A stretch of 64,000 nucleotides of DNA from Methanoculleus sp. (GCF_030019085.1 NZ_JASEFJ010000009.1:255-64254); one strand, 5' to 3'; numbered from the stretch's first letter, positions 8,575-19,293 are shown. A program made the numbers and translations. Notes: a model not told the origin generated them from the letters alone.

Positions 8575-9906
8575 ATGCACCGGATTCCACGCATCGTTAT
8601 CGCCGGAACCCACAGCGGTTGCGGTAAGACCACGATTGCAAGCGGGCTGATGGCGGCACTCGTCGCGAGGGGGCTCGTTGTCCAGCCCTTCAAGGTGGGC
8701 CCTGACTTCATCGATCCCACGCACCACTCGGCCATCTGCAGCCGGCCATGCCGCAACCTCGACCCGTTCATGATGGGTGAGGCGGGGGTGCGTGAGACGT
8801 TTATCAGGGGCTCCACCGGCGCCTCCATCGCCGTCATCGAGGGCGTGATGGGGCTCTACGACGGTCTTGAGGGGACTGATATCGCAAGCACGGCACACGT
8901 TGCAAAGATCCTGGATGCCCCGGTCATCCTGGTGGTGGACGTGGAGGGCATGTCACGAAGCGTCCATGCCATGGTCAGGGGCTATGCGGGGTTCGACCCT
9001 GATCTCAGGGTTGCCGGGGTCATACTCAACCGGATCGGGAGCTCCCGGCACCTCGCCATGATCGAGGAGACAGAGAGCCTCCCGATATACGGGGCGGTCC
9101 CACGACGGAACGATCTCGCGGTCGAGAGCCGGCACCTCGGGCTTGCGATGGCAACCGAGACCGGGGCGATGGCGCGATACGGCGCTGTGGTTGAAGAGAC
9201 CTGCGATCTCGATGCGATCATCGACCTGGCCACCTCGGCCCCGCCGCTCCAGGATCCGGGAACGACGACGCCCCGCCAGGAGATCAGGGCGAGGATCGGT
9301 GTTGCAGACGATGCGGCGTTCTGCTTCTACTACGCCGACAACCTGGAGAGACTCGTCCTGGCGGGGGCGGATCTGGTATTCTTCTCGCCGATGGCCGACC
9401 GTCTCCCTCGTGTGGATGCCCTCTACCTCGGTGGCGGCTACCCGGAACTCCACGCGGAGGCTCTATCCTCGTCCAGGTGCCGGGAAGATCTGCGCAGAGC
9501 GGTCGGGGACGGGATGCCCGTATACGCGGAGTGCGGCGGACTCATATACCTGAGCGATCGGCTCACCACCGACGGGGTGGACTACCCGATGGCGGGTATC
9601 CTCCCGGCGACCGCGGAGATGACCGGGCGCATCCAGGCCCTCGGATATGTGGAGGCCAGGGTTCTTGGCGGTGCACCCCTCCTTGTGCCGGGTTCCCTCT
9701 TCCGGGGTCACGAGTTTCACTACTCGCGCCTGGAGTGTGACCGCGACGCAAGGTTCGTCCTGGACCTCATACGCGGCCGCGGGATCGACGGCGGTAGGGA
9801 CGGCCTCGTCGCCGGTAACGCGGTCGGGCAGTACACCCACGCCTACTTCACGGACGGGTTTGTGCAAACGCTGGTCGATGCCGCCGCTGAGCACAGGCGG
9901 TCTTAG
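8575..9906 (+). CDS. cbiA: Cobyrinate / Ni-sirohydrochlorin a,c-diamide synthase (CbiA/CfbB family)
   Basis: ORF trimmed to MHRIPRIVIAG. P-loop GTHSGCGKTT; C-terminal glutamine amidotransferase region with YAECGGLIYL. CbiA and CfbB cannot be separated by eye. Confidence 0.85.
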   Translation: MHRIPRIVIAGTHSGCGKTTIASGLMAALVARGLVVQPFKVGPDFIDPTHHSAICSRPCRNLDPFMMGEAGVRETFIRGSTGASIAVIEGVMGLYDGLEGTDIASTAHVAKILDAPVILVVDVEGMSRSVHAMVRGYAGFDPDLRVAGVILNRIGSSRHLAMIEETESLPIYGAVPRRNDLAVESRHLGLAMATETGAMARYGAVVEETCDLDAIIDLATSAPPLQDPGTTTPRQEIRARIGVADDAAFCFYYADNLERLVLAGADLVFFSPMADRLPRVDALYLGGGYPELHAEALSSSRCREDLRRAVGDGMPVYAECGGLIYLSDRLTTDGVDYPMAGILPATAEMTGRIQALGYVEARVLGGAPLLVPGSLFRGHEFHYSRLECDRDARFVLDLIRGRGIDGGRDGLVAGNAVGQYTHAYFTDGFVQTLVDAAAEHRRS

Positions 9907-9941
9907 AATCCTGTGCTGGAAGCGTCCAGGAGGATGGACGA

Positions 9942-11132
9942 TTGAGAATCGCTGAACCACAGAGCCTACGTGAGCGTATCGCCGCGTCGCCTGATGCGAT
10001 CCTGGTGATGGTCGTGCTCGTCATCTTCATGGACATGATGATCTACGGCCTCCTGATCCCGATCTTCCCTCAGTATGCCGTCTGGTTTGGCGTGGATGAA
10101 TCGGTCGTCGGGGTCATCTTCGGGCTCTACGCCGCCATGCTTCTTGTATTCTCCATACCCATGGGGCTCCTCTCCGATCGGGTGGGACGCCGACCCCTCA
10201 TAGCCGGCGGGATGCTCCTCCTTGCTCTCGCAACAGCGCTCTTCGGGCTCTCTGTCACAGTTCTGCACCTGACCATCGCCCGGACGGTCCAGGGGATATC
10301 GGCCGCGGCAACCTGGTCTGCGGGGCTTGCGCTCATCGCCGATACATGCGATCCCGCGAGGCTCGGAGAGAAGATGGGGATCGCGTTATCGTCGGTTGGG
10401 CTCGGCACCGTCCTCGGGCCTGTCGCCGGTGGACTGCTCTTTGAGTATGCCGGCCACACTGCGACCTTCATAATCCCGGCGGTTCTGGCAGGCATCATCG
10501 GTCTTATCGTCCTCGCAATCCCTGTCTGCAGCACCCGGCGGGAGCGCCCACCCCTCCTCCCACGGGGCTCTCTCCTCCCGCTCGCGGTCTGTGCGGTGGT
10601 GACCGTTGCGGTCTCCGGGACATATGGGGTGATCGACCCCTACCTCCCCGTCCACCTCCATGCAGCCTTCTCTGCCCCGCCGGCGATGATCGGGGGTATT
10701 TTTGCGGTTCTGGCGGTCGCGACCATAATTGCACAGCCAATCGCAGGCCGGATCTATGACCGCTACGGCGGCAGTCGCTACCTTATATCCGGAGGTCTCC
10801 TCCTTGCCGGGGCTGCAATCTTTACCGCCGTGCAGGCTGAGACCCTCCTCATCACCGGTGTTACAATCTTTATGCTGGGGATCGGGCTTGGTTCTGCCCT
10901 CGTGCCGGTGATGCCGATCCTGGCCGAGATCTACCGTAACCACGGTTCACAGGGCGCCGCCTACGGTATATACAATACGTTCTACTCTATGGGGCTCTCT
11001 GTGGGCCCCTTTGCAGGAGCGCTGATCCTGGGCAGGTGGGCTCTCACGACGATATTTCACCTGCTTGCAGCGGTCATTGTGGTTGCAGGGGTGTTATGCT
11101 GGTCAGCAATCGGGAGGTCTGGCTGGCGCTGA
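9942..11132 (+). CDS. MFS transporter
   Basis: 396 aa, about 12 TM, with the loop motif LSDRVGRRPL. TTG start 8 nt after a GGAGGA. Confidence 0.8.
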   Translation: MRIAEPQSLRERIAASPDAILVMVVLVIFMDMMIYGLLIPIFPQYAVWFGVDESVVGVIFGLYAAMLLVFSIPMGLLSDRVGRRPLIAGGMLLLALATALFGLSVTVLHLTIARTVQGISAAATWSAGLALIADTCDPARLGEKMGIALSSVGLGTVLGPVAGGLLFEYAGHTATFIIPAVLAGIIGLIVLAIPVCSTRRERPPLLPRGSLLPLAVCAVVTVAVSGTYGVIDPYLPVHLHAAFSAPPAMIGGIFAVLAVATIIAQPIAGRIYDRYGGSRYLISGGLLLAGAAIFTAVQAETLLITGVTIFMLGIGLGSALVPVMPILAEIYRNHGSQGAAYGIYNTFYSMGLSVGPFAGALILGRWALTTIFHLLAAVIVVAGVLCWSAIGRSGWR

Positions 11133-11169
11133 AGATACGTTCTTTGTCTCTCCGGTCAAAACGTGGGGT

Positions 11170-12300
11170 ATGTTTCAGGAGTTCTGCCGCCTTCATACCC
11201 CTGAACTGCTGATCGCCCTCTTCGGGCTCATCTTCGTTTTTGCAGCGTTCGGGGAGGTTGGAGGTGAGGCGGGAGCATTTCTCGCCGCAGCGCTTGATGT
11301 GGCGCTCTTTGTCATTCTTGCGCTCCTTGTCCATCTCGCCGAAACGAGGCACCCGGCCTACCGCCGGGTTGCCATCATCTGGCTGTTTGTCGTGGTTGCA
11401 GGGCTTGCGACCGTCACGGCCAGTCTCGGGGCAATTGCCATCCTGCCGGAGGAGGTAGACCCCGAGATCTTCAACCCTGAACTGGCCGCCGCCGTTGCTC
11501 TTCTCTTCCTGGGCGTCTTTGTTGCCGGGCTTGTAAGTCTCATCGGGTTCTCGCGCCGGTTCCGGGTCTGGCTTGCAGGTTACCTGCCGTTCGACCCCGA
11601 CTCGCTCCTCCACACCGTCGCGCTCGTCGTCATCCTTGCAATGATCCTCATCCCGCCCATACCGCTCCTGGTCACCGGGATTCCTCCCTACCTGTCGCCG
11701 CCGTTCCTTGAGTTCATGATCGAGTCGGGTGGCCTCCTTACTGAGACGGTCTCACTGAACGCCTACACCCTCTTCTGGACGTTCGTGGGTTCGTTCTTCA
11801 TAGCGGGAGCGTTCGTCCGCCGGTCACCCCGCGAGACCCTGGATCGACTCGGGCTTGTCCTGCCGACGTGGAGAGAGGTTCTCTTTGCCGTGGGCGCGGC
11901 TTTCGTGCTCGTTGCGGCGTTCCACTTCATCGATCAGGCGCTCGCCGCGCTTGTGGGCTTCCTCGGTCTCCCGGTGACCGATGAGGAGGCTGTCAACCTG
12001 CTCTTCTCCGGGGTGCTCACCATCCCCGGGATCATCATGGCATCCGTCACGGCAGGGTTCGGCGAAGAGGTGAGCATCCGCGGTCTGCTCCAGCCACGGT
12101 TCGGGATCCTCCTCCCGGCGCTCCTGTTTGCGTCGCTCCACGCCTTCCAGTACAGCTGGGACGGGCTGATATCGGTCTTCCTGGCCGGGATCATCTTTGG
12201 CTTTATCCGCCGCCGCTCGAACACCACTACATCGGCGATAACGCACACGGTATACGACCTGGTGCTCTTCTCGATGCTTATGGTCGGGATCTCGATATGA
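11170..12300 (+). CDS. CPBP (CAAX) family intramembrane glutamic endopeptidase
   Basis: Trimmed to MFQEF. Motifs GFGEEVSIRGLL, SLHAFQ and ITHTVYDLV on a polytopic membrane protein. Confidence 0.75.
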   Translation: MFQEFCRLHTPELLIALFGLIFVFAAFGEVGGEAGAFLAAALDVALFVILALLVHLAETRHPAYRRVAIIWLFVVVAGLATVTASLGAIAILPEEVDPEIFNPELAAAVALLFLGVFVAGLVSLIGFSRRFRVWLAGYLPFDPDSLLHTVALVVILAMILIPPIPLLVTGIPPYLSPPFLEFMIESGGLLTETVSLNAYTLFWTFVGSFFIAGAFVRRSPRETLDRLGLVLPTWREVLFAVGAAFVLVAAFHFIDQALAALVGFLGLPVTDEEAVNLLFSGVLTIPGIIMASVTAGFGEEVSIRGLLQPRFGILLPALLFASLHAFQYSWDGLISVFLAGIIFGFIRRRSNTTTSAITHTVYDLVLFSMLMVGISI

Positions 12301-12386
12301 AGACTTCTGCCAGGGAAGGTATGGCATAGCCTGAGGCCCACACCCTTTCGCGGGTGGGTGTGAGTTGAAGAACAGTGATAAGAGAA

Positions 12387-12473
12387 CGCTGAGGGGGAGA
12401 TTTGAACTCCCGAGGGGCTCAACGCCCCACGGGCTTTCCAGGCCCGCGCCTTACCGGTCTAGACTACCTCAGC
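12387..12473 (-). tRNA. tRNA-Ser (anticodon GGA), class II with long variable arm
   Basis: Minus strand reads GCTGAGG TA GTCT..AGGC G CGGGC CTGGAAA GCCCG TGGGGCGTTGAGCCCCTC GGGAG TTCAAAT CTCCC CCTCAGC G. All four stems pair, the discriminator is G, and no CCA is encoded. Confidence 0.9.
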
Positions 12474-12514
12474 ACAGATGGTGCATCAGACGTTGGCGGT
12501 GTATTCTATTAATA

Positions 12515-13423
12515 TTACCTTCCGGCGTGCGTCTTCCAGCCACGGGGATAGGTGCCGGCCGGCATCAGGACGGTTGTTGGCGCGACGACAAACCCGGGTT
12601 CTCCAGGTCTCAGCGCCGACGATCCAAGAAGAGAACGCCCGAGACCTACAAGTTCGCCGCGCTGCGTCATGATGGCAACCGTCTCGCCCTCTCCAAACCC
12701 TCCCACCTTCTCCGCGACACCGACCCCGGCGAGGACTGCCCCGTGACATATGGCGTCGACCGCGGTGTCGCGGATGATAACCTTCGGAAGCCCGGCAACG
12801 GCTGCTTCCGGGGGGTGGATCATCCTCAGGAGGGGTTCGGGGTTGCCCTCCCGTGCGAACGTAGCGGCGTCGGCAAGTTCGTGGAGCGTGACAGCACCTG
12901 TCTCGTCGAAGGGTCCCGAGCGTGTCCGCCGGAGTTCTTCCATGTGGGCACACGTCCCGATCGCGTAGCCCAGATGCACGCAGAGCGTCCGGATGTAGGT
13001 CCCGGCGTCGCAGCGGACGCGGAATAGAACAAGTCTCCCCTCCATCTCCAGGATCTCGATCTCCTGGATCTTTCTGATCCGCAGGCTTCGCTTCACCGCA
13101 CTCTTCCGTGGCGGCCGCTGGTATATCCGGCCGACGAACTCCGTCGCTGCACGCTCTACCTTGTCCCGCGAGGCGTCGGCGTGGAGTCTCATCAAACAGA
13201 TATACTCCTTGTTGTGCGAGAGAAGGACGGGGGCCAGCCTGACTGCAGGGCCGAACATGACGATGAGCACCCCCGAGACCTGCGGGTCGAGCGTCCCGGC
13301 GTGACCCACCCGGCGTCCCAGGATCTCCCCGACCCAGGCGGCCACCTGATGGCTGCTCGGGCCACGGGGTTTGTCGATGAGGACTATCCCGGATTCCGGG
13401 ATAGATGACTCCTGCCCGGACAT
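12515..13423 (-). CDS. cbf5: tRNA/rRNA pseudouridine synthase Cbf5 (TruB family with PUA domain)
   Basis: 302 aa with the catalytic motif GHAGTLDPQVSG, then KEY, AGTYIR and a C-terminal PUA-like region. Confidence 0.9.
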   Translation of the reverse strand: MSGQESSIPESGIVLIDKPRGPSSHQVAAWVGEILGRRVGHAGTLDPQVSGVLIVMFGPAVRLAPVLLSHNKEYICLMRLHADASRDKVERAATEFVGRIYQRPPRKSAVKRSLRIRKIQEIEILEMEGRLVLFRVRCDAGTYIRTLCVHLGYAIGTCAHMEELRRTRSGPFDETGAVTLHELADAATFAREGNPEPLLRMIHPPEAAVAGLPKVIIRDTAVDAICHGAVLAGVGVAEKVGGFGEGETVAIMTQRGELVGLGRSLLGSSALRPGEPGFVVAPTTVLMPAGTYPRGWKTHAGR

Positions 13424-13429
13424 TTGCGA

Positions 13430-14113
13430 TCACCGGCCTTCCACGATGTAGCGGTTCAGTGCACCAAGGGTTCCTGCGAGCGACCCGTCACCGACGACCG
13501 CGGGAGGGTGTCCGCCTGCCCGCATCGCATCTGCGGTGGTCTCGCCGATGGCAAGGTGTAGTAGGTCGTCACGAGGCTGCCACCGCGCCTCCCGGTAAGA
13601 CATGGCGCTTGTAAAGAGGAGAGCGTCGGCACCCTCAACCGCAAGTTCGGTTCCCGTTGGGACGAGAGCATAGACCCGCTCCTCCCGAACCACCCCGCCG
13701 GCGGCGACGATCGCCTCAATGAGCCCGGGGTTCGGGACGTCGGCCCGCGGGATCCCGACCGTCCGGCCGCGGAGCCAGTCGCCAAGGTAGGGAGCAAACT
13801 CCCGGGAGTAGAACGAGGGGAGAACCTCCGCCTCTATCCCGGAGTCGCGGAGGACCCCGGCGGTCTTTGGGCCGATCGCTATCACCCTGGGCCATCGTTC
13901 CAGTCTCGGTGCGATCAGCGCGGCGGGGAGGGCGCTTGCGAAGAAGAGGCAGTCGAACTCACCGCGGTGGACGGCCTCGACAAAGGCATCGATCCTCTCC
14001 TGGCGCAACTCAGCCCGTAACGGTGAGACTGTGTAGCAGTCGTGACCGTATTTGACGCAGAGGGCGCGGTCGCCCGCTGCCTTATCCTCGAGGCGGGTGA
14101 TGGCGATCTTCAT
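13430..14113 (-). CDS. hemD: Uroporphyrinogen-III synthase
   Basis: 227 aa with a two-lobed HEM4-like pattern (IAITR..., FASALPA, AIGPKTA, FTSAMS, AIGETTA). Confidence 0.65.
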   Translation of the reverse strand: MKIAITRLEDKAAGDRALCVKYGHDCYTVSPLRAELRQERIDAFVEAVHRGEFDCLFFASALPAALIAPRLERWPRVIAIGPKTAGVLRDSGIEAEVLPSFYSREFAPYLGDWLRGRTVGIPRADVPNPGLIEAIVAAGGVVREERVYALVPTGTELAVEGADALLFTSAMSYREARWQPRDDLLHLAIGETTADAMRAGGHPPAVVGDGSLAGTLGALNRYIVEGR

Positions 14114-14203
14114 TCGCTACAACCTTCGTCCCGGTGGAATATGACTGTATCGGGAGAAGAAATCCGGTTGGTTTATCCCCGCTCAATCTGACCATGGATA
14201 AGC

Positions 14204-15415
14204 GTGCTCTTCAGTATCGTGCTCGGGACCGTCCTTGGCCTACTCTGCGGCGCCGTGAGCGGTCTTGTTCCAGGCGTACATGCAAACACGATAGCGGGCC
14301 TTTTACTCTCGCTCCAGGCATTACTGCTTGCCTGGTTCGACCCTGTGGTCGTTGCCTCCGCCATGTTTGCCACACTCGTCACGCATACGTTCCTCGACAA
14401 CGTCCCGGCCACGTTCCTCGGGGTCCCCGACGCAGAGACATCGCTTGCCGTCCTGCCTGCTCACGCCCTCTGCCTCGATGGGCGGGGAGAGGAGGCGGTA
14501 AGGATATCTGCCCTCGGGAGCGCTGTCGGGGTTGCTCTCTCCCTCCCCCTCGCGCTCGGGTTTGTCCTTTTCCTCCCCGCGCTCCAGCCGGCGATCGACT
14601 GGGGGATCGGGCTCCTCATACTGGCGGTGGGAGGCTACCTCGTCGTGGTCTCAGAGTCGCCGGGCTGGGCGCTTGCCGTCTTTGTGGTCTCGGGGATCCT
14701 TGGAGTCTTTGCGCTGGGCTACTCCTTTCTGGCCTGGTCGACGGGCGGCGAGTCCGGGGTGCTGATGCCTCTCCTCTCTGGCCTCTTCGGGGTATCTGTC
14801 CTCCTCGGCGGGTCGCAGGGGGAGATGCCAGAGCAGCACTTCCAGGGGCTTGACCTCCCGCCCGGTGCTCTCCGGCGCGGGTCTATCCTCGGTTCAGCTG
14901 CCGGCGCTCTCGTCGGCTGGCTTCCAGGGCTATCGAACGCCACTGCAAACGCCCTCCTGACCTCGGTTCTCGGCTACGACTCAAACCCCCGCGAGTACAT
15001 CCTGGCAACGAGCGCTGCAAACACCGTGAACGCTTTTCTCGGGCTTGCGGCGTTCTACGCCATATCCCGGACGCGAAACGGGGTGATGGCGGCCATCTCG
15101 GCGCTTGAGGATATGCCCCCGGCAACCGCCATCCTCCTCGCAGGGGCGCTCGCCGCGGTCGGGGCATACCTCCTGACGATCCTCTTCTCGCGTACCGCCG
15201 GCATCTTCTCCGGGGTGAACGTCACGGCGCTTAACCGCGCTGTCATAGGCTTCATCGTCCTGCTCTCATTCTTCCTCTGCGGGCCGTTCGGGATCCTCGT
15301 CCTCCTGCTGGCAACGGCGGTCGGTTGCGTCCCGGCGCTGGTCAACATCCGCCGGGTCTACTGCATGGGCGCGATCATGCTTCCGGTGATGGTCTACTCC
15401 TTCGGCCTGGCGTGA
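14204..15415 (+). CDS. TctA-family (DUF112) membrane protein
   Basis: 403 aa, highly hydrophobic, with repeated GLVPGVHANT / GWLPGLSNATANA motifs. GTG start. Confidence 0.6.
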   Translation: MLFSIVLGTVLGLLCGAVSGLVPGVHANTIAGLLLSLQALLLAWFDPVVVASAMFATLVTHTFLDNVPATFLGVPDAETSLAVLPAHALCLDGRGEEAVRISALGSAVGVALSLPLALGFVLFLPALQPAIDWGIGLLILAVGGYLVVVSESPGWALAVFVVSGILGVFALGYSFLAWSTGGESGVLMPLLSGLFGVSVLLGGSQGEMPEQHFQGLDLPPGALRRGSILGSAAGALVGWLPGLSNATANALLTSVLGYDSNPREYILATSAANTVNAFLGLAAFYAISRTRNGVMAAISALEDMPPATAILLAGALAAVGAYLLTILFSRTAGIFSGVNVTALNRAVIGFIVLLSFFLCGPFGILVLLLATAVGCVPALVNIRRVYCMGAIMLPVMVYSFGLA

Positions 15416-15450
15416 GCCTCTTATACGACAGGGGCGCAAGTACCCTAACC

Positions 15451-16314
15451 ATGCTGCAGCGCTACTGGTTCGGGGATCTCGATGAAGATGGGTGCTGCCG
15501 GGCTGCAGGCACCGATCCGGCCGTGCTCGCGGAACGGGCGTCCGGCCTTCGCGCCGATATGGAGTCGTATACCCCGATCAACTGGGAGGTCGCCAGGGAC
15601 TGCGGAGTTGTCGGGACGCGGGAGGAGTACATCGCCCTCCTCCGTTCGGTCTGCATGATTATTGCCCGGCATAAGATCGCCCGATCATACCAGGAGCGGG
15701 ACGTCGCTCTCCTCCAGATGGTGCGGATGCTTGACGAACTCGATAACGTCATCAATCTCCTCTCCGAACGTGCCGCCGAGTGGTACCAGGTCACCGACCC
15801 CTCGTTCTCCCGGAAGTACCGCTCCCTGCCGGCAAAGAAGATGCTTGAGATGATCCGGAGAGGAGCAGACGGAGGGCTTGCGGCGGTTGCAGGCGAGATC
15901 GAGCGGCTCACGGAGGTGAGGAGACGGCTGATGCGGGAGGTCTCCGCAATGGCCGATCTGGTGATGCCGAATGTGAGCGCCCTCATCGGGGGGCTGGTCG
16001 CGGCCCGTCTCCTCTCCAGGGCCGGGGGGCTTGCTGAACTTGCCAGGATGCCGGGGAGCACCATACAGGTGCTCGGCTCGGAGCAGGCGCTGTTTTCGCA
16101 CCTCCGGGGGGGTTCGCCGCCGCCAAAACACGGGATAATCTTTCAGCACCGCAGGGTCCACAACGCCCCCAAAGAGGTGCGGGGTCGGGTGGCCCGGGTG
16201 CTTGCGGCGAAACTTGCAATCGCTGCCAGAATAGACTACTACCGTGGCGAACTGGTGCCCTCGTTCATCGAGGGGGCCCAGGCCCGGATCGACGAGGCGG
16301 GGGCGAGGGCATGA
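15451..16314 (+). CDS. nop5: C/D box sRNP core protein Nop5 (Nop56/58), compact form
   Basis: Trimmed to MLQRYWFGDL. Nop-domain motifs LSERAAEWY, GLAELARMPGSTIQVLG and KHGIIFQH. Has a 4-nt overlap with the fibrillarin gene. Confidence 0.85.
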   Translation: MLQRYWFGDLDEDGCCRAAGTDPAVLAERASGLRADMESYTPINWEVARDCGVVGTREEYIALLRSVCMIIARHKIARSYQERDVALLQMVRMLDELDNVINLLSERAAEWYQVTDPSFSRKYRSLPAKKMLEMIRRGADGGLAAVAGEIERLTEVRRRLMREVSAMADLVMPNVSALIGGLVAARLLSRAGGLAELARMPGSTIQVLGSEQALFSHLRGGSPPPKHGIIFQHRRVHNAPKEVRGRVARVLAAKLAIAARIDYYRGELVPSFIEGAQARIDEAGARA

Positions 16315-16910
16315 TCTGGATCGGGAACGTCCTGGTCTCGCCCGGCGAGGCGGGGGTGTATGGTGAGCGGACGCTCGATGGTTACAGGGTCTGGGACCCC
16401 TACCGGAGCAAACTTGCGGCGCTCTATGCCCTCGGAGGCGGGATAGACCTCGAACCCTGGATGCGGGTGCTCTACCTGGGAGCGGCGAACGGGACCACAG
16501 TCTCACACGTTGCCGACTATGTTGAGACGGTCTACGCCGTGGAGTTTGCACCCCGGCCGATGCAGGACCTCCTTGAGGTCGCCCGCCGGCGAAAGAGGAT
16601 CGTCCCGATAATGGCCGACGCAAGCCGTCCGGAGGAGTACGCGCCGTTCATGGAGGCGGTCGACCTGATCTACCAGGACGTGGCGCAGCCTGACCAGGTC
16701 GAGATCGCGAAACGGAACCTGGTCTTCCTGAAACCAGGTGGCCGGTTCATCCTGATGTTAAAGACAAGGAGCGTGGATGTTCGAAGGGACCCGGCCGGGG
16801 TGCTTGAGGAGACGCTGGCCTTGCTTGAGCGCCACCTTGAGGTTGTGGAGGCGCGGTGGCTTGAGCCGTATCACCATGATCACGCCGCGATCGTCTGCAC
16901 GCGGGCGTAG
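16311..16910 (+). CDS. flpA: Fibrillarin-like rRNA/tRNA 2'-O-methyltransferase
   Basis: 199 aa with YRVWDPYRSKLAA, VLYLGAANGTTVSHVAD and IYQDVAQPDQ motifs. Confidence 0.9.
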   Translation: MIWIGNVLVSPGEAGVYGERTLDGYRVWDPYRSKLAALYALGGGIDLEPWMRVLYLGAANGTTVSHVADYVETVYAVEFAPRPMQDLLEVARRRKRIVPIMADASRPEEYAPFMEAVDLIYQDVAQPDQVEIAKRNLVFLKPGGRFILMLKTRSVDVRRDPAGVLEETLALLERHLEVVEARWLEPYHHDHAAIVCTRA

Positions 16911-16941
16911 CATATATTAGCCGGGAGGGCGAGAGACTCAC

Positions 16942-17676
16942 ATGGACAGGGTCATCTTCAACCCATTCTCGCCGCTGCTGATCATAATATTCCTCGTGCT
17001 GATCGGGCTTTTCATATTCGCCATCCTCATCTTCCCCCTGGTTTTCGTGACGGCGATCGGAGCGACGTTCACGAGGCTTGGGTTCTCCTGGCAGCAGGCG
17101 CTCCTCATACTCTTCCTGACGCTTCTGGGAAGTTTTATAAACATACCGGTGAGGACGCTGGAGAGCCGGCCGATGACTCCCGATTACGACCGATACGTCG
17201 CGATCTACGGCCGCCTCTACCGTATCTCGCGGCCGGTGCAGCGGACAGTCCTTGCGATAAACGTCGGCGGCGCCCTTATACCGATCGTGATATCGCTCTA
17301 CCTGCTCTATAAGTCGATCCAGCTCACCGGCGGGTTCCAGATCCTCTGGCTCGCGCTTCTCGGGGTCGCGATCGTGACGGTCGTAACAAAACTTGTAGCC
17401 CGGCCTGTGCCGGGACTCGGGATCGCGACACCGATCTTCATCCCGCCGCTTGCGGCGCTCCTTGCGGCGCTGGTCCTCCCGCTCCTTGTGGGCGGCGTTT
17501 CGGGTGCGCCGGTTATCATCGCCTATGTGAGCGGGACGCTAGGCACCCTCATCGGGGCGGATCTGCTGAATCTCCATCATATCGCGGAGCTCGGGGCACC
17601 GATGGCAAGTATAGGGGGTGCGGGGACGTTTGATGGAATATTCCTGACGGGGATAATCGCGGCGTTCCTGGCATAA
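16942..17676 (+). CDS. DUF1614-family membrane protein
   Basis: 244 aa, hydrophobic. The N-terminal pattern and the LLGSFINIPV motif are recalled from DUF1614. Confidence 0.5.
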   Translation: MDRVIFNPFSPLLIIIFLVLIGLFIFAILIFPLVFVTAIGATFTRLGFSWQQALLILFLTLLGSFINIPVRTLESRPMTPDYDRYVAIYGRLYRISRPVQRTVLAINVGGALIPIVISLYLLYKSIQLTGGFQILWLALLGVAIVTVVTKLVARPVPGLGIATPIFIPPLAALLAALVLPLLVGGVSGAPVIIAYVSGTLGTLIGADLLNLHHIAELGAPMASIGGAGTFDGIFLTGIIAAFLA

Positions 17677-17802
17677 TGGGGCTCCCTTTGAAACCCCTTG
17701 TTCTGTAAAACCTTCAGAGAGCAATTCGGCTGAGTTGTTTTGGGATCACAGGGGGGGCAGTTCCAGCAAAGGTATGGGTTGTCATTAGAATAAGTCTGCC
17801 CT

Positions 17803-18936
17803 CTATCCCTTCTCTCGCAGTTCCATAACCCTGAGCAGATCCGTCCTGGTTACAATCCCTACAAGGGTGTCGCCTTCCACGACCGGGATCCTCCCTATGC
17901 CCTGGGCGGTCATGATCCGCAGGGCGTCGATTAGCGGTGCCGATGGCGGGAGAGTTATGGGATTGGGTGTCATGACGTCACGTACCTGCATCGCCTCCCT
18001 GTCGATCGGTGAGACCTTGTGGAGGTCGCTGAGCGTAACAATCCCGACGAGATTCCCTCGCTCCACCACCGGAAACCCGAGATGCTTCGTCTCGTACATA
18101 AGTTCCAGCAACCGGGGTAGCGGGGTTGTTGGTTCCACTGTGCTGACGGAGTTGCTCATAGCGTCTGCCACAGTGACGTCCTGCAACAGGATATAGTAGC
18201 GCAGGAATGTGGCCTCCTGGTTTGCGCCGATGTAGATGAAGAAGGCGATGATGATCAGGATCGGGTTTAACATCAGGAACCCAAATATTCCGAAGATGAC
18301 CGCAAACGCCCTGCCGACGTCGGCAGCGATCTTGGTCGCACGGGAGAGAGGCATCCGCCGGGCGAGCCACGCCCGCAAGACGCGCCCTCCGTCCATCGGG
18401 AACGCCGGGAGCAGGTTGAACGCGAAGAGCAGGACGTTTAAGATCCCCAGGTAGCCGAAGGTGAATACCAGGACACCGGCGACGGCCGGGTCAGGGAGGG
18501 TGGGGAAGACGTAGACCAGGGCGCTACAGATGATACCTATCGCCAGGCTCGTGAGCGGCCCGGCAAGCGCCATCGGGAGTTCCACCTTCGGGTCCGGCAC
18601 GACCTCCTCCATCTGGGATACCCCGCCCAGGATGAGGAGCGTGATGCTGTGGATCTTGATCCCTTTAGCCTTCGCGATGAGCGAATGGGCCACCTCGTGG
18701 ACAAACACGCCAAAGAACAGGCCCAGTGCGATGACGGTTCCGAGAATGTATGGGTTAAACCCTGCTTCGATCAGCGTCACATCGATCGGGACACCGAAGA
18801 GGATCGTTATCAACTGGGTCGTGAGCACGATCTGGCTCCCGATGATCCAGGCAAACAACGGGATCACCAGGAGAAAACTCCAGTGTATTTTGACTGGTAT
18901 TCCAGCGATGTTCCCTATCTGTAGCGACGTTTCCAT
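17803..18936 (-). CDS. Site-2 protease (M50) family metalloprotease with tandem CBS domains
   Basis: 377 aa with HEVAHSL (HExxH) in a TM region, an [10 protein letters not shown] motif and a C-terminal CBS pair. Confidence 0.85.
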   Translation of the reverse strand: METSLQIGNIAGIPVKIHWSFLLVIPLFAWIIGSQIVLTTQLITILFGVPIDVTLIEAGFNPYILGTVIALGLFFGVFVHEVAHSLIAKAKGIKIHSITLLILGGVSQMEEVVPDPKVELPMALAGPLTSLAIGIICSALVYVFPTLPDPAVAGVLVFTFGYLGILNVLLFAFNLLPAFPMDGGRVLRAWLARRMPLSRATKIAADVGRAFAVIFGIFGFLMLNPILIIIAFFIYIGANQEATFLRYYILLQDVTVADAMSNSVSTVEPTTPLPRLLELMYETKHLGFPVVERGNLVGIVTLSDLHKVSPIDREAMQVRDVMTPNPITLPPSAPLIDALRIMTAQGIGRIPVVEGDTLVGIVTRTDLLRVMELREKG

Positions 18937-18987
18937 AAAATGAGTATCTTTTTATCATTTATAGTAATATACCTTCAGAGGATACCG

Positions 18988-19257
18988 ATGAGAACACAGG
19001 TCACAGAGATGTTCGGATTGCCGGTCTACACCGACAGGGCTGTCTTTATCGGGAATGTTGACGATGTTGTGCTCGACGTTGACCAGAAGAAGATAGCCGC
19101 CCTCGCGATCGGCGACCTCAACCCCGAGATCGGGGAGGTGAAGGGCTACAACGGGCTGCAGATCCCCTTCCGCATCGTAAAGAGCGTCGGGGATATCATC
19201 ATCGTCCGTCACATCCCGGGGCTCTTCAGGTCGCCGGCAAAGGAAGAGCAATCGTGA
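18988..19257 (+). CDS. PRC-barrel domain protein
   Basis: Trimmed to MRTQVTEMFGLPVYTD...VGDIIIV, the typical PRC-barrel pattern. Confidence 0.55.
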   Translation: MRTQVTEMFGLPVYTDRAVFIGNVDDVVLDVDQKKIAALAIGDLNPEIGEVKGYNGLQIPFRIVKSVGDIIIVRHIPGLFRSPAKEEQS

Positions 19258-19293
19258 TTCCCCGGCCCGTCCGGATAATGTCTGCCCATAGAT

